Source: the human T2T-CHM13v2.0 reference genome, Homo sapiens
Assembly (NCBI RefSeq): GCF_009914755.1
Contig: NC_060937.1
Length of the DNA stretch: 64,000 bases
Direction: 5' to 3' (one strand)
Under the pieces are notes generated by a model. The model searched no databases, had not been told where the DNA came from, and saw only the letters and a list, made by a program, of their open reading frames with translations. The translations under genes and the position numbers were made by a program. Shown piece after piece: positions 1-17,087 of this stretch (position 1 is the stretch's first letter; each line of letters starts with the position of its first letter).

Positions 1-201
1 TGTCCTTGAGATAGTTTGCTGAGAATGATGGTTTCCAGTTTCTTCCATGTCCCTACAAAGGACATGAACTCATCATTTTTCATGGCTGCATAGTATTCCA
101 TGGTGTATATATGCCACATTTTCTTAATCCAGTCTATTGTTGTTGGACATTTAGGTTGGTTCCAAGTCTTTGCTATTGTGAATAGTGCCACTATAAACAT
201 A
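1..201 (-). mobile_element. L1PA 3' fragment (ORF2 end/3'UTR), cut by the window edge
   Basis: Matches the antisense L1 3' motif 'gatagtttgctgagaatgatggtttccag...ccctacaaaggacatgaactcatc'; near-identical to 26600-26790 and 35630-35820. Confidence 0.9.
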
Positions 202-1149
202 GTTTTCTTTATGTACACTTCATTGCACATTTCTCCACTTTGCAATCGACATTAGTTACTACAGTTGTGTTTATCTATTGGATGTCTCTGTCCCTTAATA
301 AGACACAAGATCTAAGATGGCATGTTACATCTGTTTACTTTATCACTTTATACAGAGCCTAGCACATGGAAAATATATTTTGTTTATCTTAATTTATCAA
401 ATTTTATAATTTACTTCACATTTGTTACTAGCATTAAATTACATATGCCATACAGCAATTTTTTTCTAGATTAATTTTGACTAATATGATAGTTTTTGAT
501 ATTTATTATTGGTTTCTCATGTGGTTTTCAATGCATATTTAAGTATTGGTACCCTTAGGCATAGACTAGGTGAAGCTGACTCTCAGAGGTAACAATTACT
601 CTGTCATTTCACAGATATTTTCTTCCTGTATCATTTTTCTCTTTACACTACTTGAATGAGTTCAATATAGAATAATGCTTTTAATATTTTAAATAAATAG
701 TACAAAACTATTTAGTCTCAATATTCTGAAATAACTTATTAGTCTGAAATGGAAATGCCTTTTCATTTCTAAAACTTAGAAAAGGGTTCAGTCCTGGGAA
801 AATGGTTTGAAGTCATATTTTAAAAGTAAAAAAACTCATAAATATAAAAATTAGGAAGTAAGTATAAAGTAATAAAAGCAAAAAGTTTATAGAAATAGAA
901 TATTAGTTTGGGAATTATCAAGGAAAAATAGAAAAACAATCTAGAAGCAGTCTGTCATAATTCTCTCTATATATGTTCATGAGAGGTATGATGAGTCTAG
1001 CTCTGTTTAATAAACCCCTTGTTTTACAATGCTTTTCTACTGAGAAGCTAAGAAGACTACTTTTAGGGTCTTCATTAACCTTGTGCTTAAAGTATATGTT
1101 CCCAATCTTATTGCAAATTATGTTTTAGCTAACCATTTCTCAGTATATC

Positions 1150-1670
1150 TATTCTAACATTCCAGTTTTTCACCTGCACCCCTGAAATATGCTCCAAAGA
1201 GGACTATACTTTCCATTTTGCCTCCAGAGTCAATTTTGTAAACTTCAAACAGAGTAATCCTTTGAAAAATAAAATAAAATGATTTCATCTCCTGCTCAAA
1301 ATCCCACCAATGGCTGTCCACAACACATAAGTGTTAAGTGGTTATAATGGTTTATAGTATTTTGTACGTTGTGGCTCTTAGAAAACTTTCCAATATCTCT
1401 ACTCTTTGTCCTTCTTGCTTAGCCTATTTAAAAAGGCAATTTTGTACTACCCCTTCCCCAAGCTCTATTCCATTAATGCATTTTACTTTTCTCTAAAAAC
1501 ATGCATCATTGACAGGCATTACACCAAGTATACTTTTTATTCAATTAAAAGCTTCAGAAGGACATGACATAATTTGTAAAATCAATGATTTCACACCAGT
1601 TTTTGGATCAGCACCTCCAATATAAAGATATGTAATAATGACAAGTTTAATAAATCAGTGGATAAATAAA
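1150..1670 (+). mobile_element. Degenerate L2 relic
   Basis: L2-like motif 'cctgctcaaaatcccaccaatggctgtcc' and an L2-like 3' end; boundaries approximate. Confidence 0.45.
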
Positions 1671-4093
1671 CTGCCAGTTGCTTCATTGGCAAAACATAAT
1701 ATGGACTAATTCTCTCCTAAATTTTAACTTGATAAAATCAATAAATGAGAAAATATTAAGGAGTGAGAGCTTAATGTAAAAATAAAAATGGAGAAACAAG
1801 TAGTGAATGATTTGGGTTAGGTGGAATGAACAGGAGGAGGAGAAAAATAAGACCTTTGCCAATTATGATGCATAATAACTTAAAAATACAAGGAGAGAAC
1901 ATTGGGACTGTATCGAAAAACTGCTGAGTTTTTTGTTGTGTTTTATGCCTTATTTATTTTTGATAAAGGCTAGTTTAAATTGACTTTACAGAACTAGTTA
2001 TAATACTATTCACTGACTCTTAAATTCCACATATTTTTATATACTCATATTTTAATATAAATTAAAAATTTGTCAGTCCTGGTTGTTGAAAACCTTTTAA
2101 ATTTGCAAAAGCAGAAAGTGAAATAGCAACTAATTTTACAATCATAACTTAGAAAAATTGTTAAATCATTTCATAAATAAACCAAGCCATAAAACATTGT
2201 TTAAAATAACTAAGAGAGTACAAAGAACGCTATGCTTAGTAAATTAAGCTTGGCCATCCCCATTTTCTTTACTTAATGCCTCATTCATTTAGGTAGCCAA
2301 GCTAAATAAGTACTTTCTACCAAAAATTCTGATTAAAATTCTTAAATCATTTCTGCTCCAGCTCACTTGATAACTACTTTTCCAATTTTGTGTTTGTCTT
2401 GGTTATGTTCCCAGCAGGTTGTTAACAATTAATTAGCAATACTTCTCAAATGTTATGTGTGTTAGTCTACTAATTGCAGGGCAGGAAAATGGAATTTCCC
2501 TTTGTAAACAAATGGTAATCATGATCACTTATTTTAGATAAGGCAATACAAATTTTCCTTATATTTGTGTTGCTGTTACTTAGACTTACAGCCAAAAGGC
2601 ATGAATTGTATTTATAAGTATTGGATGAAGCTATTCATAAGTTACACAAAAAGAATTTTGAATCATTTAGTTTTGAACAGCACCATCTCATTTTAATCCT
2701 TTCATCTTATTCCTTAGTAAAAGCAATGTAAACACATGCCTTGTGTGTGAAGGGTGTGTGTGTGCATGTGTGTATTTATATTTACGACTCAAAAGAAAAT
2801 CTTGGAAGAAGTTGTTTAGATTAGCAATTATGATTCCAGAACAAGCATAAATTTCACATTTCTATCAAAAGTCTTAATGGTTATTTTTTAAAAATGAATT
2901 TGCTCATATGTTAAAGATATTGTTATGATTTTAGTCAACCTTACACATATTTTAATTCATAGTCTTCAGTATTTTCTATGGTATGTACTTTTTTTGACTT
3001 GTTCTATTCCTAGCTATTCATAGAATGCTTGAAATGGAATTCATCTTATGTATTTTCTAATATACCCACCTAATTTTATAGTTGAGAAAATTTAGGACCA
3101 GGAGAAGATAATTTGAATTTCAAAAGGTCATTGTCACAGGTACAATAGATTGGCTCACTGGCATATATTCTAAACTGTTTCTAGTGTGCCTTCCTCAAAG
3201 GAAGAGGATGGAACAGTAAAAGTCAATTTCCTTCACTTAAACAATGTGTATGTTTGAATTAATTCAGGCTGGTTTACATTTGGTTGGTTAGTAAGTGTCA
3301 AAAGAGGTGGTATATAACAAGTGTCTGTTTTAATAGTTTAGATTGTAGCAACTACCATACCCCTTAGATTCAAAACCATAGTGGTGTCTACTCAGTCCCT
3401 ACATTGTAGCTATGGGCATTTAATTGTGGAATGAGAAGGTAACACAGAATGGCTAATTCCTTCATGGATCTACTCTGGTAGTTGTCAGAGAATTTCCTGG
3501 ACTGTCCACCCAACCATGCTAGCATCTGCTTATGTCCTGCCTTCAATAGTTTTGAAAGTGTGAAAATGTTTTGTATTACCTTTTGTTCTGCTTAAACTGA
3601 ATAGAATGGTTTCTGTTATATGAAACTGAAGAGTAACATGGATAATTCTCATATAGTAATATGTTTTGAGATAGGACCAGGAACTCCTAGCTAATTGCTG
3701 GTGGATAGATAATAGAAAACTAGGGGACTGGAAATGTATAGGTAAATTTTAAAAATTGTTTGAATACTGAGCAGAAATAATTTTTCTTTGTATTATTATG
3801 TAGGTAAATCTCAATGTTCTGCATTTTTATCTCATAGAGAAGATAAAACTGATACATGTGCCATTTAGCCCCTTGCTTCCCAAAGTTTTTTATATTATGA
3901 TACACATAGAAATCAATAGTATTTGTGTGGTCCACTCATGTAAAGGGATTCAGATTATCCCAAGTTCCATCAGACCATCTATGTACTTTATGCATCACAC
4001 ACCAGTCTACATGAGAAATCTCATTGTCAAAGTCAAAATGTTTGTCATTTGAAATCTGACTTTAAGCATCCAAATAATGACCATCTCTTACTT

Positions 4094-4412
4094 TTTTTTT
4101 TAATTTTTCTTTTTTTTTTTTTTAAGTTTTGAGATGGAGTCTCACTCTGTCTCCTAGGCTGGAGTGCAGTGGTGCGATCTTGGCTCACTGCAAGTTCCGC
4201 CCCCCGGTTCGTGCCATTCTCCTGCCTCAGCCTCCCAAGTAGCTGGGACTACAGGCGCCTGCCACCACACCCAGCTAATTTTTTTGTATTGTTTAGTGGA
4301 GACGGGGTTTCCCCTTGTTAGCCAGGATGGTCTCGATCTCCTGACCTCATGATCCGCCCGCCTCAGCCTCCCAAAATGCTGGGATTACAGGAGTAAGCCA
4401 CCGCGCCCGGCC
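4094..4412 (-). mobile_element. AluY-like SINE with TSD
   Basis: Poly-T then 'gagatggagtctcactctg...ccaccgcgcccggcc'; TSD catctcttactt at 4082-4093 and 4413-4424. Confidence 0.95.
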
Positions 4413-5112
4413 CATCTCTTACTTCTAAAGCTCACTCTAACATTTCACCTTCAACAGTTCTTAAAATCGTATCAGGACCTCCAAGTCATCAATCATTTCA
4501 TTGCTTACCTTCCTCCTTTGATTAGATTAAATTTTAGACTTCATATTCTAGCCACTCTTTTGCATACATTTTTAGCACAACAGAAATAATTTTATTAACT
4601 TCTACAGTTACTTTGTGAATGAAATTATATAATTTTAATGAAGTGCTTAAATATGATCCAATACATAGGACACATTAAATAAACATAAGCTACTACAGTT
4701 TTAAGTGAGTTTTCTCAAATGTGCCTAAAGAACTGTTTTATACATAAATAGGTGAAGACAAAGTATTATTTTGATCAGAATTAATCTTTATTTTTTGAGA
4801 TTATTAAAAAACTTTGAGAAATTCTTTTCATTTTTCTAATAACTTGATGATATTAAAGTAGTTGTCTTATGGTTTAATATAGGTGATTTAGAGTAGAATT
4901 TTCAATATTCAGCTAAAAATATTATTCAACAGGTAAACAATTTGTGTTGTAACAATCATTTTGTAATGTACTTTGTATGTTCTTAGAAACTATTATTTCT
5001 AATATCAAAATTAAGAACCAATAGAATATTCAGTATAAGCATCATTTATATGGGTATAGATAAGTTAAATATAGATACAGCTATTAGATATAGATATACA
5101 CATGATAAAACT

Positions 5113-5399
5113 GTTTTGTTTTGTTTTGTTTTGTTTTTTTGAGACGGATTCTCGCTCTGTCACCCAGGCTGGAGTGCAGTGGCGCCATCTCGGCTCACTA
5201 CAAGCTCTGCCTCCCAGGTTCATACCATTCTCTTTCCTCAGCCTCCTGAGTAGCTGGGACTACAGGTGCCCACCACCACATCTGTCCAATTTTTTGTATT
5301 TTTAGAACAAATGGGGTTTCACCATGTTAGCCAGGATGGTCTCGATCTCCTGACCTCGTGATCTGCCCACCTGAGCCTCCCAAAGTGCTGGGATTACAG
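5113..5399 (-). mobile_element. AluY-like SINE, about 20 bp 5'-truncated, (GTTTT)n tail
   Basis: Alu body ends at 'gtgctgggattacag'; TSD tgataaaact at 5103-5112 and 5400-5409. Confidence 0.93.
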
Positions 5400-5717
5400 T
5401 GATAAAACTTTTATGTTATCATTATTATAAACATAAACTATAAAAGTAATTGAGAAAAAACGTATGTTCTAAAATATATGTAAAATGCTAACTAAACTGA
5501 AATAAAGTTAGTTTTAACTAAAATTGAGTACTTTTGCAAAATTACAGAATAATCTTCAAAAGTTGCCTCAATGTGCTAAATAACTGTTCACAGTTTAGTT
5601 AGAAGTTATATTTTTAATAAGTAATAAATTATGTTATTTCATTACATACAACATTTAACAGATAGTCTCCTTTCTTAAATTATGGTGATCTAAGCCCAAT
5701 AAAAATTTTAGTTCAGT

Positions 5718-6003
5718 GGCCAGGCCCGTTGGCTCATGCCTGTAATCCCAGCATTTTGGGAGGCTGAGGTGGGTGCATCATTTGAGGTCAGGAGTTCGAG
5801 ACCAACATGGTGAAACCCCGTTTCTACTAAAAATACAAAAATTAGCTGGGTGTGGTGGTGCAGGCCTGTAATCCCAGCTACTCAGGAGGCTGAGGCAGGA
5901 GAATTACTTGAACCCGGGAGAGGAAGTTTACAGTGAGCTGAGGTCACACCACTGCACTCCAGCCTGGGCAACAGAGTGAGACTCTGTCTCAAGAAAAAAA
6001 AAA
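5718..6003 (+). mobile_element. AluS-like SINE
   Basis: 'ggccaggcccgttggctcatgcctgtaatcccagc...' to A tail; approximate TSD aaaatt(tt)agttca. Confidence 0.93.
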
Positions 6004-6680
6004 ATTAGTTCAAATATTGTATCTTGCACAATATAGGACACTTAGGAACCTTCTTAATAGCACTCACGGATCAGTAGAATCACAGAAGTGACCCCTAGTT
6101 TTCTAACACACTTACGTTATTTCTGTCACTCTATCACTGATGACATTGATTTCTGGTAACCATAAAATACTTAAGAGGGATGAAAACAGAAAATAAGCTT
6201 TATTCACATGTTAGGAACATGTTTTAAGACTTTTTATTTACATACCTGTAAACATCAAGTGTAATTTCTTCCCTTCGATAGGAGATAATATTTAGGTAAG
6301 ACTTAAAGCAAAACACGACCCCAAAACTTGTCTTCCATCATTGCTAAAATGATCATTTAAAGCCAGTCTACCTGAGCAGAACCTAATTCACATATTCCTT
6401 CACATATTTTGTCACTACCTGGAAAATATGTTTAGAAACTAAAATTAAGACAACTATGCAGAGCAGACACAGGGTAGCCAGTCAAACAATAGCTTAAAAT
6501 ATCCAGCATACTAAAATGGAGTCACTGAATCTGAGAATAAGTTGTAAGATCAGGTAATGACAAAACACATCCTATTAATCCAAAACTTTGTCAAGAATGG
6601 AATGCTTGACTCTCAAAAAAAGCAATTTGAGTTTACTATAAAGTAAGTGTTTTTTTTTTCCATAAAAGGAAGAAAAACTT

Positions 6681-8653
6681 TTTATTTTATTTTATTTTAT
6701 TTTGGTGGGACTCTGTTATAAATCTTTATTTTTTAGTACTTGAACACTGGCAGAACTAAATACAAAAGCAATAAAAAATCATAATATTTTCTAAAAATAG
6801 TTTTCCATTTGGGGCTTGCGGCCCCCTTCAATAAAATCATTCTGAAGATTTAAAGGGGTTTCAGCTTCAAATTTCTCAGAATAAAGACTCCTTTTGAGCG
6901 GGGCTACAGAAGCCCCCATGAACTTCCTGCTCCTTAAAACTAATGGGCAAAACAAAAACAAAACAAAAAAACCTCCTAGAAAGCAAATATGACCCTTCTC
7001 AATACAGAGCTTTCCCCACTCCAATTTGTAGGTTTTCAGAGAAGACTGGGGAAGTAGGTAACAGCGAGCAAGTCATCCTGTGAGGAAGGTCCTGGAGCGA
7101 GCCCTAGAGTGGGGACTCCCCAGGAGGGCCCGGAGCAGCGGGGACTTCTCACTCCACCTCTTCAGTCTCTGATTAGCACACATTTGGGGGAGTGCTTCCA
7201 CTTGGAAAAGCTTCCAGGAGGCAGCTCTTCAGTAGCGACCGAGGCACACGTGGTCCATGGACAATTTTATCCTGTGAAGCGGATACGGTTTCTCACAAAG
7301 GTTGGCCAGCACGTACAAATGTCTCAACGCATACTCGCACGTGGGGGAGTGCCAGTTGAAGCAGTGGGTCTGGAAGTGCAGCAGGGCCTCCAGGTAGCAG
7401 CTATGCCCCGTGAACGGGGCTCTCTCAGACAGGAGCTGCTCCACCTCAGCCTCGGACGCTGCCAGCAAGGAGGCGATCTTGCGCACTGACTTCTCAATGA
7501 GGTGCCTGGCATCCAGATGCCGCTGGATCTCCTCTGTGAGCTGCCTGGAGTCCTCCAGATCGTTGGTGTTCATCAGTTTCCTTTTCACGATCATGAGGGG
7601 CACATCAGGGCTGGGGGTGAGGTCAAGGTGTGTGACTGGAGGCAGGGAGATAGGAGAACTGGCTTTGTGTTTCATACTCTGAAACTGCATCACTTTAATG
7701 TGGAGATCGTTTCGTTTCCGTACTGCATGATGTGGCTGGTATTGGTGTATGATTTTACCAGGCGGCACTGCTTGTGCAGGGTCTGGTTAGTCAGATCTTC
7801 CACGTCCGAGTCTTCCATCCAGTTGACGCTGTACCAGTCCCCCAGGTACGTCGACCTCTTCTCATCATAGTAACAGGTGTAGGACGACTCTCTGGGGTTG
7901 GCAGCAGTAGTTGCATAAACATTAGTATCACCAGGCAGGTGGTTCATCATGGACCCAGACTCACAGGCTTCAATATAGAACACCATCTTTTGGTACATTT
8001 TATGTATGTACATGTAATGGATGGTCTCATTCAGGTACTTTACATGAAGATCTTCATTGGGAAAAACCAGTATTCCAGTAGATCCATGGTCAGTGAAGTA
8101 AACGAACACATACATGATCCTGGGGACCGCTCTTCAGGACTTTCCCGGTTCCTATGCCCTTCACTGCTTCTGCATCGCCTGTCAACACAGCAAGGAAATT
8201 TTGTGGGGTAACATCCTCTCCAGTGTAGTCAGTCCTTCGGGAATCCCTGATAGACATCCGTGCCATTGGGTCTGTTGATCACAATTCCTGGAGTGGGATT
8301 GTCTTCAGAGTGAGCAGTGTCATCGTACATCATAACAATGATGTGCTCGTCTGGAATCCCATTCCAGTAAATGATCTGGTAGGCATGGCACGCAGCTGCC
8401 TGGTGCCTGTAATTATACCAGCCATTTGAACCCGCCACGATCACCACCCAGTGCTTGCGTCCATCTTCAGGATCATCTATGGGAACAGCACCAGTGCCCA
8501 GTGCCACGCTGAGGAATACAGCTACTTTCCAAAGCCTTCTGCACTTTGGAGTTCAACTGCAGAAACCTGTGATAAGCGATCGTGGTGGCAGTGGTGGCAG
8601 CAGTGGCAGCCGCGGTGCCGAGTGACCGCGGTGGTGGCGGCAGCGGGACCGTG
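6681..8653 (-). pseudogene. LGMNP1: Full-length processed pseudogene of legumain (asparaginyl endopeptidase, peptidase family C13)
   Basis: Three consecutive minus-strand ORF pieces reproduce legumain without introns ([28 protein letters not shown]; [19 protein letters not shown]; ..[11 protein letters not shown]). The start codon is AGG at 8535-8537. There are 4-bp duplications at 8227-8234 and 8108-8115 and a 1-bp deletion near 7700. AATAAA at 6725-6730 (minus), (A4T)n tail at 6679-6703, TSD agaaaaa(t)ctt at 6671-6680 and 8654-8664. The symbol is assigned from recall that LGMNP1 is the known human LGMN pseudogene. Confidence 0.95.
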
Positions 8654-10020
8654 AGAAAAATCTTAATTATAAATTGGAAAATAATGTAACAGTGCAGCAT
8701 AATATTCTCAGATAAAATATATCCAAGCAAATACAATGGAATTTTGCATCATGGGAAAGTTGTTGGAAGTATTTAGTTTGCCGAATCTAATAAAATCTTA
8801 TTGTACTTTCTGCACTTATTTACAGTAAATGTGGCATAGTTCTTGTTTCTCCTTGACAGTACTTTTTGAAAATTGTGGTCAGTTGTTTTCCAACCTTTTA
8901 TTTGCCTTCAGTTTATTTTTTTTTTAATTTTAACACACAAACAATGTATCCACTTATACTTGTTTCCTATTTTTTCAGTTGCATTGTATCATTTGAGATT
9001 TCCTTTCTGATGTATGACATTCTCTAGTTATTCTGTCAAAAAGCCTATATGTATGATAAATTTCTGGGTCCTTGTATGTCAGAAAATTTCTGAACTTAAA
9101 TCTCTATACAAGTCTCAGTCAAATATTGTCCTTAAAGTCATTTCTCATTTATTCTTCCTGAAATTGTCAGTTCTAGGAAACATCTGGTATCTTTCATTAA
9201 AAGAAATTTAACTCTCTTTTGGTGGTCTTTTGAAATGGCCCCTTAAATAAAATGTTCAAGGTTTCATTACAGTGTGTTTATGTGTAGGTATTTTTTCTTT
9301 TAATCTCTGTTGACTATTGGTATTCTTTTATTCTGAATAATGCTTTTTAAATCTTCTTTATAGAAAGTATTGGATTATATTTTCTTCAAATATTCTCTTT
9401 TCCTTCCCCCTTCTTAGGAGCTTTGGGTCTTTTTTTTTCTACTATTTCTTAGATGGATTTTGAAACTTATGGACTTATTCTCAGTTTCTCTTAACTTCTC
9501 TTTCAAGCCACATTTTGAAAAAACTCATATTTCTCTTTCCATTTATTAATTACTCTCCAGTCCTTTTCACTTGTCTAATCCAAGTGTCTAATTTCAGATG
9601 TCTAATATTATTAATATGAATAATCACTTTTTTTAAATTTGCAAGTTGTTAATACAAACCCTTTATATAACCATCTTGTGTGATTCTTTCCTGACTCTTC
9701 CTCAGTTCTGTTAGGTAATAGCAGTGATGCCATGGATCATGTCAAATATTCAAACTCTCAGTGAACACCCAAAGATAGACATCCAGACAGCCATTGCTTT
9801 TCTAATGAAGACAAAACTTTGAAGCACCTGCTGCTTCCATGAAAATATCCAAAATAATCATCCTGCTTTTTGCTAATGTTTTTTCCACAGTTTCTACTTT
9901 CCATCAAGGATAATTCCAGAACATTGATGTTTCATCTGTTTGGCTGAAGCTTTGCTGTTGTGGCTGACTTCTCAGGCCTATAAAGAATCCTTGGATCCTC
10001 TGGATAAGTAAGAGTTGCCT

Positions 10021-10025
10021 CTTTC

Positions 10026-10088
<63 letters not shown>

Positions 10089-10092
10089 CTCT

Positions 10093-10126
<34 letters not shown>

Positions 10127-10137
10127 CTCTTTCTTTC

Positions 10138-10210
<73 letters not shown>
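10021..10210. repeat. Compound (TTTC)n/(GAAA)n microsatellite, about 190 bp pure pyrimidine
   Basis: Directly visible TTTC runs with TC/TTC/CCC interruptions. Confidence 0.98.
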
Positions 10211-10212
<2 letters not shown>

Positions 10213-10879
10213 CAGACTAGAATATAATCTATTTTGGGGAGTCAATATGTTGCTGAAAAGTGAAACAGATAAACTTCAAAACTTTATTTTTATGATTGAA
10301 TTGCATTTTAAAATTATGCATCAAAATTGTTGAACATTTGGAAATAGAACCAAATATGTTTAAAAAACAAGATATTGTCACCTACTAGGCAGAATTAATA
10401 TTTCTGCAATGGTCCCCCAGTATAATTTATGTTAGTTATTTTTATACTTGAGATTATAATTCATAAATTTGTGGCTCATTTATATTCATTAAATTACATG
10501 AATGCTATCATGTGATACTGTAACTTATTACATATGCATACACAATATATTTCTAGGTCAATAAATTTAACAGAATATAATTTTAATAATAATATTAAAT
10601 TGCATGAATATAACATGATATGCTTAATAAGTTTCTTGATTTCAGATTTTCAATTTTCTTACAATTTCAGCAACATAAATGAGGCTGACAGACCCTACAA
10701 TTTACAAAACTACCTTTGCCTTTCCCTTAGACTTGTACTTCAAATACATATACAAGGTCAGAGAACATTTCTAGATTCCAAAGTATGAGTCTTATCAATA
10801 TATACTCAAAGAGTTTTATCACTTTTTATGTCCACATTAGGCACCATATTAGAGCATAAGTATTGACAACATATTATTT

Positions 10880-11050
10880 AATGTTTAACATTCTGGAATG
10901 TGGATGCGTGTGTTCTAACCCTGACCTGATACTTACTGGTCTTGAGATCATGTGGAAGTAGCTAAGTCTCAATCTTATCATTCAGCAAATGGGCAATGAT
11001 GATTGTGCTTACCTTGTAAGGTGGTTGTAAAGATTTTTTAAAAAGGTGAT
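10880..11050 (+). mobile_element. MIR relic
   Basis: 'gttctaaccctgacctgatacttactgg...cagcaaatgggcaatgatgattgtgcttaccttgtaaggtggttgtaaagatt'. Confidence 0.6.
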
Positions 11051-11057
11051 TTAGGAA

Positions 11058-15393
<4,336 letters not shown>

Positions 15394-16178
15394 CACACCT
15401 CAATCAAAATGGTGATTATTAAAAAGTCAAGGAACAACAGATGCTACTGAGGTTACAGAGAAAAAGAAACACTTTTACAACGTTGGTTGGAGTGTAAATT
15501 AGTTCAACCATTGTGGAAGACAGTGTGGCCATTCCTCAAAGATCTGGAAGCAGAAATACCATTTGACCCAGCAATCCTGTTACTGGATATATACCCAAAG
15601 GAATATAAATCATTCTATTATAAAGATACAAGCACCCATAAATAGTGCCATTTATTGCAGCACTATTCACAATAGCAAAGACATGGAATCAACCCAAATG
15701 TCTAACAACAATAGACTGGATAAAGAAAATGTGGTACATATACACCATGGAAAACTACACAGCCATAAAAGAGAACAAGATCATGTCCTATCTAAAATAA
15801 TCTATACATTTAAAACAATGTGAAATTGTTTAAAGGTATTTTAAATAAAATTACAAATGTAAAGTGATTTTTTTGTAAACAAAAAAGATCTAGCCTAAGA
15901 CATGGAACTGGAAGCTGTCATTCTCAGCAAACTAACACAAGAAGAGAAAACCAAACACCCCATGTCCTCACTTATAAGTGGGAGCTGAATGATGAGAACA
16001 CATGGACAGGTTGGGGGAACAACACGCAGTGGGGCTTGTTGGGGGATTGCGGGGAAGAAGAGCATCAGGAAAAATAGTTAATTGATGCTGGGCTTAATAC
16101 GTGGGTGATGGGCTGATTTGTGCAGCAAACGACCATGATACATGTTTACCTATGCAACAAACCTGCACATCATGCACA
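15394..16178 (+). mobile_element. Older L1PA-type 3' end (ORF2 C-terminus and 3'UTR), interrupted at 15788-15900
   Basis: 'aaaaagtcaaggaacaacagatgct...gtgtaaattagttcaaccattgtggaagacagtgtgg...acaaacctgcacatc'. Confidence 0.88.
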
Positions 16179-16179
16179 G

Positions 16180-16580
16180 TTAGTCGATTTACATTTGGAG
16201 TATCTATTGTATTTAATTGATTTATTTTTCTATGCTTGCACCAACCCTTATAATTTTGATTGCTGTATAATGATATAAAGTAGGGTACATCCTCCAAAAA
16301 CTTCCAAATTTCCAGGGTTTTTTGTTTTGTGTTTAACTATAGTCACCATGCTGCACAATAGTTATCTTGAACTTATTTCCTCTCACCTAACTATAATTTT
16401 GTATCCTTTGACCAACATCTCCTCAACCCCCGGTTCCAAACTCCCACCTTCAAACATCTCAGACTCTAGTAACCTCCATTCTACTCTCTATTTCTGAGAG
16501 CCACATATATCATACTTCAAAACATCATGCAATACGTACAATTATATGTAAAGTCAATTTAAAAGTGAAGTAAGAAATAA
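16180..16580. mobile_element. Fragments of old L1M/L1MA elements, mixed orientation
   Basis: 'aactatagtcaccatgctgcacaatag...tatcctttgaccaacatctcc' is an antisense L1MA 3'UTR motif; ORF 16094-16297 carries ORF2-like residues. Confidence 0.6.
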
Positions 16581-16785
16581 ATGTGTCATTGTAATAATCA
16601 AAGTTTTTGTTTGTTTTTTTCTTTGTCTTTTTGTTGTTGTTGTCATCTTAGGCTACCTCTTTTGTGTTTACAAAAAAATAGCTTTATATCTGTAATTTTA
16701 TTTAAAATACCTTTAAAAAATTTTCACACTGTTTTAAATCTATAGATTATTTTAGATAGAATTGATACATTAAAATGAATCTCCC

Positions 16786-17087
16786 AGCCGGGCGCGGTGG
16801 CTCACACCTGTAATCCCAGCATTCTGGAAAGTCGAGGTGGACAGATCGCCTGAGGTCTGGAGTTCTAGACTAGTCTGACCAAGATGGTGAAACCCCCGTC
16901 TCTACTAAAAATACAAAAATTAGCCAGGTGTGGTGGTGCATGCCAGCTACTTGGGAGGCTGAGGCAGGAGAATTGATTAAATCCGGGAGGCGGAGGTTGC
17001 AGTGAGCCGAGATCGAGCGCCATTGCACTCCAGCCTGGACAAGAGCGAAAAACTCCGTCTCAAAACCAAACAACAACAACAAAAAAA
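16786..17087 (+). mobile_element. AluSp/Sq-like SINE
   Basis: 'gccgggcgcggtggctcacacctgtaatcccagc...gacaagagcgaaaaactccgtctc' with a (CAA)n tail. Confidence 0.93.

Noticed and set aside
7109-8211. Plus-strand ORFs of 90-145 aa
   Set aside because: Antisense shadows of GC-rich pseudogene coding sequence with no recognisable homology.
7229-8537. Functional legumain gene
   Set aside because: No introns, start codon mutated, three frameshifts with premature stops, poly(A) remnant and TSD: a retrocopy.
9904-10245. Lys/Glu/Arg-rich and Phe/Leu/Ser-rich ORFs
   Set aside because: Translation of the (TTTC)n microsatellite.
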